Positions 26,620 through 32,000 of a stretch of DNA of 32,000 bases are shown piece by piece; positions within the stretch are counted from its first letter, which is position 1, and every line of letters begins with the position of its first letter. The position numbers were made by a program, and so were the translations under genes. The stretch is from an uncultured Lentisphaeria bacterium. GTDB lineage: Bacteria; Verrucomicrobiota; Lentisphaeria; JABSQK01; JAJFLO01. The notes below the pieces were generated by a model. That model was not told the DNA's origin, ran no database searches, and saw only the letters and a list, made by a program, of their open reading frames with translations. The DNA is taken from assembly GCA_951812855.1 (NCBI GenBank), contig OX638337.1:1170001-1202000 (forward strand), given 5' to 3'.

Positions 26620-27258
26620 ATTCTCAATTTCAAACCTGCCTGATATGTTTGAAAAAGACCGGATAAAAATGGTTGAAAAAATAAAATCCTATGGTCTTAC
26701 AAATGAACGTATTCATTAATATAATGAAGAGTCTGCCCCGTCACCTTTTTTACCTGACGGTGAGGGTAACAGCCATAGTTATGACGATTACCCAATTAAT
26801 ATTGAATTTGGTCAAACCATTTCTCAGCCTTATATTGCGGCATACATGACAGATTATCTTGATATAAATGAAACGGACAAAATTCTGAAAACAGGAACCG
26901 GATCAGGTTATCAAACAGCAATTTTAGCACTCCCGGGAAGGGACGTTTACACTATTGAAACTGTACCTGAATTATTATCACATGCGACTAAAATAATTAA
27001 TTCTATTGGAATAAAGAATATTAATTTTCTACATGGAAACGGATATAATGGATGGGAAACTGAACACCCCTTTGATAAAATCATTTTAACATGTTCGCCA
27101 AAGAAAATACCAGAAACGCTGATTCGACAATTAACTGAAAATGGAAAACTGATTTTGCCTGCAGGCAATCACTGTGTCTCGTCTCAAATGAGAACGGAAA
27201 CATAACTCAAAAAAGGGATTTACAAGTTAGATTTGTCCCTGTGATTAACGAACAGTAA
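26612..27258 (+). pseudogene. pcm: protein-L-isoaspartate O-methyltransferase gene disrupted by three frameshifts
   Basis: Homology runs through three frames. Frame a: ...DRIKMVEKIKSYGLTNERI, then TAA at 26717. Frame b (26715-26750): INIMKSLPRHLF (conserved PRH). Back to frame a after a T6 run (26746-26751): LPDGEGNSHSYDDYPINIEFGQTISQPYIAAYM...GTGSGYQTAIL...LILPAG. Frame c from ~27166: QSLCLVSNENGNITQKRDLQVRFVPVINEQ-stop (27256-27258). The track ORF 26846..27205 is only the middle piece. Confidence 0.75.
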
Positions 27259-27333
27259 CGATTATTTTCAGGGGATAATTAAGCTTGATTAATATATTTT
27301 AACGCTGATTAAAATAACATTAACGATTTTATT

Positions 27334-28767
27334 ATGACGAATTCAATTGATCACTTATTACGTGGAGATGCGGGTAAAGTTTGGTATTACTTTCAAAAAA
27401 TCAGTGATCTTCCCAGACCATCAAAATATGAAGATAAAGTGATAGAATTTATTATTGAACTTGCTGAATCCCGGAATTGGAAAATAAAAAAAGATGCAGT
27501 AAACAACATCGCGATTTCAATACCCGGGAAGGGTAAACTTAAAGATGCCCCGACCCTCATCATACAGGGACACATGGATATGGTTTGTGAAAAAAACAGT
27601 AACGTTGATCATGATTTTATGCGTGATCCGATTCGGTTGGTAACTGACAATAAATGGGTGATGGCAGATGGAACAACTCTTGGTGCCGATAATGGAATTG
27701 CCCTGGGTATGATGTTAGCATTAACTGATGAAAATTTCACTGACTGTCTTCCTTTAGAGTTACTGTTCACTATTGATGAAGAAACTGGATTAACCGGTGC
27801 AATGCAGTTAGATCCTTCGATATTGAACGGTAAAAGACTTCTTAATATTGATTCTGAAGACGAAGGGATTTTCACTGTCGGCTGTGCGGGAGGAATAAAT
27901 ATTTCAACATATTTTGAAATAATGCCAAATAGCAGTTCTGACAAACAGTCCGATATCAGTATACGCGGACTGAGAGGGGGGCATTCCGGGATAAATATCC
28001 ATGAAAATCGTAAAAATGCGATTCGCTGTGCCGACGAGTTACTTGGTCACTTGCGCCAATGTCACCCTAAAATGATATTGTGGAATCTGTCTGGCGGCGA
28101 CAAAACCAATGCCATTCCACGAGAATCAACATTTTCCCTTTCAGGGATTAGTAAAGATTTTCTTGCTAACGAAATTCGTAACTGCCTGTCCACCCTGAAA
28201 AACGTTGAGATTAACGCAACCATTGAAATTTATGAAAGGTCAACCCCTTTTTCTAAGTCAATTCCACTTGGTATCATCGATTATATTAATCAGATCCCAA
28301 ATGGTGTTATTTCTATGGATCCGGATTATCCGGATATTGTTCAAACATCATCGAGCGTCAATGTATGCTCAAAAAACGACGGATTCATTGAAGTCCTCAT
28401 GCATAGTCGATCAAGTTTAAACACAGCACTCGATGAAATAAAAACATCAGTCCAGACAATTGCAGATAAACTGGGTGCAAAAGTGAAATCGGGTCATCGG
28501 TATTCAGGCTGGAATCCTAATCCCGACACAGAGATTCTCAATCGGGGGACGCAGGTATACAAAATGATGAATGGTGTTGAACCAAAAGTGCGTTCAATTC
28601 ATGCAGGATTGGAATGCGGTATCATTGGCGATAAAATAAGATCCGACGAACTCCTGTCAATTGGACCAACAATCAAAAATGCTCATTCACCGACAGAAAG
28701 GGTTAATATCCAATCAACGAACCGGGTTTATGAGTTTTTAAAACAGTTTGTTTCGTTTACCGGTTAA
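27334..28767 (+). CDS. pepD: aminoacyl-histidine (Xaa-His) dipeptidase, peptidase M20C
   Basis: FQKISDLPRPS N-terminus, QGHMDMV, GADNGIALG, TIDEETGLTGA, and the C-terminal GLECG...GPTIKNAHSPTERV blocks characteristic of PepD. Confidence 0.9.
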   Translation: MTNSIDHLLRGDAGKVWYYFQKISDLPRPSKYEDKVIEFIIELAESRNWKIKKDAVNNIAISIPGKGKLKDAPTLIIQGHMDMVCEKNSNVDHDFMRDPIRLVTDNKWVMADGTTLGADNGIALGMMLALTDENFTDCLPLELLFTIDEETGLTGAMQLDPSILNGKRLLNIDSEDEGIFTVGCAGGINISTYFEIMPNSSSDKQSDISIRGLRGGHSGINIHENRKNAIRCADELLGHLRQCHPKMILWNLSGGDKTNAIPRESTFSLSGISKDFLANEIRNCLSTLKNVEINATIEIYERSTPFSKSIPLGIIDYINQIPNGVISMDPDYPDIVQTSSSVNVCSKNDGFIEVLMHSRSSLNTALDEIKTSVQTIADKLGAKVKSGHRYSGWNPNPDTEILNRGTQVYKMMNGVEPKVRSIHAGLECGIIGDKIRSDELLSIGPTIKNAHSPTERVNIQSTNRVYEFLKQFVSFTG

Positions 28768-28876
28768 CACTCTGTTAAATCAGCGGTATTCTACCGGTTA
28801 CCACATTTCATTTTCAGAATAAACAGATGGGAAAAGAAAGGAAACCCGCAGCCCTCAGCTGAATAAAACAGTTCGG

Positions 28877-29923
28877 TTATGATGACAAATTCTGAAATAT
28901 CTTTGCTCTAATTTCAGATGTGCCTAAGTTCTCTATACCTCCTGTGAGTGTCGCTGATATGGCATTATCAACTTCAACTGCTGCATCAAATTCACCTAAA
29001 AAGTCCAGCATCATTTTAACAGTAATAACTGTGGCCAGTGGATTTGCTTTATTTTGACCGGCAATATCTGGTGCTGAGCCATGGACGGGCTCAAACATTG
29101 ATGGATTCGTTTTTGACGGATCAAGATTACCGCTGGCAGCCATGCCCATGCCCCCCTGTGTTATCGCTCCTAAATCAGTAATAATGTCACCAAACATATT
29201 TGTTGTTACCATGACATCAAATCGTTCCGGTTCTTTCACCATATACATGCAGGCCGCATCAACGTGATAATATTCACGACTGACACCCGGGAATTCGGAT
29301 GTGCCAATATCATTGAACACGCGTTCCCACAAATCGAAAACATGCGTTAAAACGTTTGTTTTCCCAATTAATGCGAGTGTTTTTCGTGGACGTTTTTCTG
29401 CAAGTTCAAATGCATATCGGATGCATCGGGATACCTGTTTATAATTATATACCATGGATTGCACCGCAACTTCATCCTCAGTCCCCTTCATACTGAGTCC
29501 GCCAACTCCGGTATATAATCCACCTGTATTTTCCCGAACGACAACATAATCAATTTCATCGATGCCTTTTCCCTTTATTGGTGTATCGATTCCTGGATAA
29601 AGTTTTACAGGTCGCAGATTAATATACTGATCTAACTGGAATCGTAATTTAAGCAAAATCCCCTGTTCCAAAATTCCCGCCCTAACATCCGGTGAACCAA
29701 CTGCACCGAGAAAAATGACATCAAAATTCTTTAATTTCACCAGAGATTCGTCTGACAGAACTTCTCCGGTTTTTAAATAATGTTCACCGCCAAACGGGAA
29801 GGTCTCTGTTTCAATTTTAAAGCCATGTTTATTTGCAACATGATCTAACACCTCTAACCCAATTTCAACAACCTCAGGCCCAATTCCATCCCCGGGAATA
29901 ACCGCAATACGATGTAAAGTCAT
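28877..29923 (-). CDS. beta-decarboxylating dehydrogenase of the isopropylmalate/tartrate dehydrogenase family (LeuB or TtuC-like)
   Basis: IAVIPGDGIGPEV, YINLRPVK, VVVRENTGGLY, NMFGDIITDL and FEPVHGSAPDIAG motifs. Start placed at ATG 29923 (MTLHRIAV..., AGGA 9 nt upstream); the track start at 29944 has no SD. Confidence 0.8.
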   Translation of the reverse strand: MTLHRIAVIPGDGIGPEVVEIGLEVLDHVANKHGFKIETETFPFGGEHYLKTGEVLSDESLVKLKNFDVIFLGAVGSPDVRAGILEQGILLKLRFQLDQYINLRPVKLYPGIDTPIKGKGIDEIDYVVVRENTGGLYTGVGGLSMKGTEDEVAVQSMVYNYKQVSRCIRYAFELAEKRPRKTLALIGKTNVLTHVFDLWERVFNDIGTSEFPGVSREYYHVDAACMYMVKEPERFDVMVTTNMFGDIITDLGAITQGGMGMAASGNLDPSKTNPSMFEPVHGSAPDIAGQNKANPLATVITVKMMLDFLGEFDAAVEVDNAISATLTGGIENLGTSEIRAKIFQNLSS

Positions 29924-30071
29924 AACTAAATGTCCTATCTGCATTTTTATAAGTCAGTCTATTTACATTACCCTGAAATCATTAAATAAATACAAAAATT
30001 TACAGGGTTCAGAATACACAGGAAAAGTTACAATACCCCCGGTTATAAACATAACACAATCCCGATTGAGT

Positions 30072-30110
30072 GAAAAAAAGCAGCAGACGATTAGAAACCG
30101 TCTGCTGCTT
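30072..30110 (-). terminator. strong rho-independent terminator
   Basis: Perfect 12-bp stem aagcagcagacg (30078-30089) / cgtctgctgctt (30099-30110) with a 9-nt loop, followed on the minus strand by TTTTTTT (A-run 30072-30078 on +). It begins 12 nt after the mini-ORF stop. Confidence 0.85.
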
Positions 30111-30121
30111 AAAGTGTGGTT

Positions 30122-30289
30122 TTAATTTATCCTGAAAGCTGTAATACTTGAGCCGGCTAATTGATTTGCCTGTGCCAACATTGTATTTCCAGCCTGAGTT
30201 AGGATTTGAGCATCGGCAAGACTGGTTGATTCCCGTGCCATGTCAACACCTCTTATGCCCTGTTCTGCTGTACGCAGATTAACTTGCAT
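30122..30289 (-). CDS. 55-aa ORF consisting only of a flagellin C-terminal (D0/D1) domain; either a stand-alone mini-protein or the remnant of a deleted flagellin gene
   Basis: Hand translation: MQVNLRTAEQGIRGVDMARESTSLADAQILTQAGNTMLAQANQLAGSSITAFRIN. It matches the flagellin C-terminal signature I-R-x-x-D-x-A-x-E...L...QIL-x-QAG-x-x-MLAQANQ. Below the 60-aa cutoff of the ORF track. An AGGGGG run lies 8 nt upstream of the ATG, and an in-frame stop lies 9 codons upstream. Confidence 0.6.
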   Translation of the reverse strand: MQVNLRTAEQGIRGVDMARESTSLADAQILTQAGNTMLAQANQLAGSSITAFRIN

Positions 30290-30625
30290 TTTTCTAACCC
30301 CCTGTTTTGCTTTCTAATTTTCCCTGGTACGTATAATTTATAATTTGTAATTATTATTCGAAGATATCCATTATCCCGTTACTTTTTTCATCTCTCGATG
30401 ACCAATTGGTGTCTGAGCAACATCATTACTGATTATATTTTATTTCAAAATCAAATTACATAATTATCTGAATTTGAAGGAATTAAAATTTATAAAAATT
30501 TATTTATCACTGTCTGAAAATTAAAAATCATAAAATATTGTTTTTTGTAAACGGCAATTTTCCCCGGATATAAGGAAAAGGGTTAGAACCGCAGGAACAG
30601 CTGTCAGAGAATTTGGAGACAAATA

Positions 30626-31927
30626 ATGAATGCAATAAATCCACAAGCACAAAAACTCAACGAGACTATTGAAGCATCAAATCCGCATATACTGAATATG
30701 TTGTCGGATAAAGGGAAAGGTATCTTTTTCCCTGAAAAGGGAATCTTAGCACAATCTGCTGATGCGAAGGGAAAAGAAATTAATGCTACAATTGGAATTG
30801 CCCTGGAAGAAGATGGGTCACCATTGAGCCTGGATTCTATTAGCGAATTAATCAGCGTGGACAAAGGTAATGCGTTTCCCTATGCACCGAGTTATGGTCG
30901 TCCTGATATTAGAAAAACCTGGAAAAAAATGATTTACAGCAAGAATCCGGGGTTGGGATCAATTTGTATCAGTGATCCGGTAGTAACAAATGCATTAACT
31001 CATGGTTTAAGCATGTGCGGATACCTCTTCGGCAACAGCGGGGATAATATTTATATATCAGATTTATACTGGGGCAATTACAGGCTCATATTTAATAACG
31101 GTTATGGAATTAACTTTATTACGTATTCCACATTTTCCGGAGACAGCCTGGACATTGATGCTTTTCGTAATGCATTGACAGACGGTCGTCCGACAAAACG
31201 TATTGTTTCACTGAATTTCCCGAATAATCCAACCGGATATACACCCACTGAAAAAGAAATGCAGGAAATCACCTCAATACTTATAGAATCTGCTGAAGCA
31301 GGAAATAATATCGTTGCCCTGATCGATGATGCCTATTTTGGATTAGTTTACGAAAACGGAATTGCAAGAGAATCTATTTTCACCTGTCTGGCAAATGCTC
31401 ATCAACGCATATTAGCCGTTAAAATTGATGGTGCAACAAAAGAAGACTATGTCTGGGGCTTCCGTGTCGGCTTTCTCACATTTGGCGTAAAAGATGGCAC
31501 CCCCCTGCTCTACTCAGCATTAGAGGCCAAAACAGCGGGTGCTATAAGAGGTAATATCTCTAATAGTTCCAATCTGTCACAATCACTTCTGAACAGTGCG
31601 TATTGTTCAGAGAATTATGTGAATCAAAAAAATGAAAAATTCAGAACCTTACAAAACAGGTACCAAAAAATTAAAGATATTTTGAACTCACATCCTGAAT
31701 ATAAAGACACATTTACTCCGTTACCTTTTAATTCTGGATATTTCATGTGTTTAACGGCCAAAAACGCGGACGCGGAAGCAGTAAGACAAAAACTTCTTAA
31801 AGATTTTTCAACGGGTATTATCGCATCCAATAATGTCCTGAGAATTGCATTTTCTTCGACACCGACAACCCTTCTTGAAAAACTGTTCGACAATATATAC
31901 CTTGCTATAAAATCAATTCAAAATTAG
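30626..31927 (+). CDS. class I/II PLP-dependent aminotransferase
   Basis: NFPNNPTGYTPT block (the N-x-P-x-N-P-T-G type motif), DDAYFGLVYE, and a probable PLP-lysine region DGATKEDYVWGFRVGF. GGAG SD lies 8 nt upstream of the ATG. Confidence 0.8.
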   Translation: MNAINPQAQKLNETIEASNPHILNMLSDKGKGIFFPEKGILAQSADAKGKEINATIGIALEEDGSPLSLDSISELISVDKGNAFPYAPSYGRPDIRKTWKKMIYSKNPGLGSICISDPVVTNALTHGLSMCGYLFGNSGDNIYISDLYWGNYRLIFNNGYGINFITYSTFSGDSLDIDAFRNALTDGRPTKRIVSLNFPNNPTGYTPTEKEMQEITSILIESAEAGNNIVALIDDAYFGLVYENGIARESIFTCLANAHQRILAVKIDGATKEDYVWGFRVGFLTFGVKDGTPLLYSALEAKTAGAIRGNISNSSNLSQSLLNSAYCSENYVNQKNEKFRTLQNRYQKIKDILNSHPEYKDTFTPLPFNSGYFMCLTAKNADAEAVRQKLLKDFSTGIIASNNVLRIAFSSTPTTLLEKLFDNIYLAIKSIQN

Positions 31928-31948
31928 ACTAGACCATTAATTTTGACT

Positions 31949-32000
31949 TACCCCGTGGTGTAATGGCAGCACAACAGTTTTTGGTACTGTTTGTCCTGGT
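31949..32000 (+). tRNA. tRNA-Gln (anticodon UUG), 3' part cut off by the window end
   Basis: Hand fold: acceptor 5' half TACCCCG (U1), UG, D-arm GTGT/AATGGCA/GCAC, A26, anticodon stem ACAGT/ACTGT with loop TTTTGGT (anticodon TTG), and the start of the T-arm CCTGG-T. Resembles bacterial tRNA-Gln. Confidence 0.75.

Noticed and set aside
26700-26760. Programmed ribosomal frameshifting in pcm
   Set aside because: There is no slippery heptamer plus downstream structure. Three separate frame changes are needed, one with an immediate in-frame stop. Decay or homopolymer sequencing error is more parsimonious.
26846-27205. 119-aa ORF as an intact small methyltransferase
   Set aside because: It is only the middle of pcm. 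Conserved N-terminal (PRH, GQTISQPY) and C-terminal (VRFVPV) blocks lie in other frames on both sides.
29970-30008. Imperfect inverted repeat ACCCTGAAAT ... ATTTaCAGGGT upstream of the LeuB/TtuC-like gene, as a possible operator or attenuator
   Set aside because: It is a single 10-bp stem with a bulge in AT-rich promoter DNA. There is no leader peptide and no T-run, so evidence for function is insufficient.
30290-30420. Sigma-28 (FliA) promoter upstream of the flagellin-like mini-ORF
   Set aside because: The only -10-like match is cgggataa (compare GCCGATAA). It has no TAAA -35 element at the required ~15-nt spacing, so a call is not supportable.

Overview
AT-rich bacterial chromosomal segment from a diderm-type organism (it encodes an outer-membrane porin). 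Most of it is intact housekeeping genes. All calls rest on motifs I recognise by eye; I ran no database search. Left to right: (1) an R-M methylase and specificity-subunit pair with no nuclease gene downstream (1-2219), then a small basic ORF and a repeat-rich intergenic element; (2) psd and a divergent CdsA/polyprenol-kinase-like membrane protein; (3) a long minus-strand phosphate-starvation operon (18616 down to about 4593): porin, pstS, GT4 glycosyltransferase, porin 3' fragment, second pstS, long-form pstC and pstA, pstB, phoU, phoB, phoR, ArsP-like CxC permease; (4) typA, folP, aroE, metG, rmuC, pepD, a LeuB/TtuC-family dehydrogenase, a class I/II aminotransferase, and the 5' part of tRNA-Gln(UUG) at the right edge. 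The most unusual structure is inside the pst operon. Two ~1.28-kb direct repeats, ~99% identical (13736-15020 and 16165-17447), each carry the last 184 bp of the porin gene, a complete pstS and the pstS-pstC spacer. They bracket a 1144-bp GC-richer segment that is almost exactly one glycosyltransferase ORF, sitting where pstC starts in the other copy. This looks like Campbell-type or duplicative capture of a foreign GT into a Pho-controlled operon, but assembly or MDA chimerism must be excluded. Upstream of the porin, four TTAACA-like hexamers with exact 11-bp phasing abut a TATACT -10, which is a textbook PhoB/PhoP box array. Three decayed genes lie among the intact ones: a PhoH-like PIN-ATPase remnant with a large internal deletion (21740-22011), a pcm gene with three frameshifts (26612-27258), and a 55-codon ORF that is only the C-terminal domain of flagellin, with a perfect 12-bp-stem terminator (30122-30289). 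I saw no CRISPR array, transposase, integrase or rRNA.
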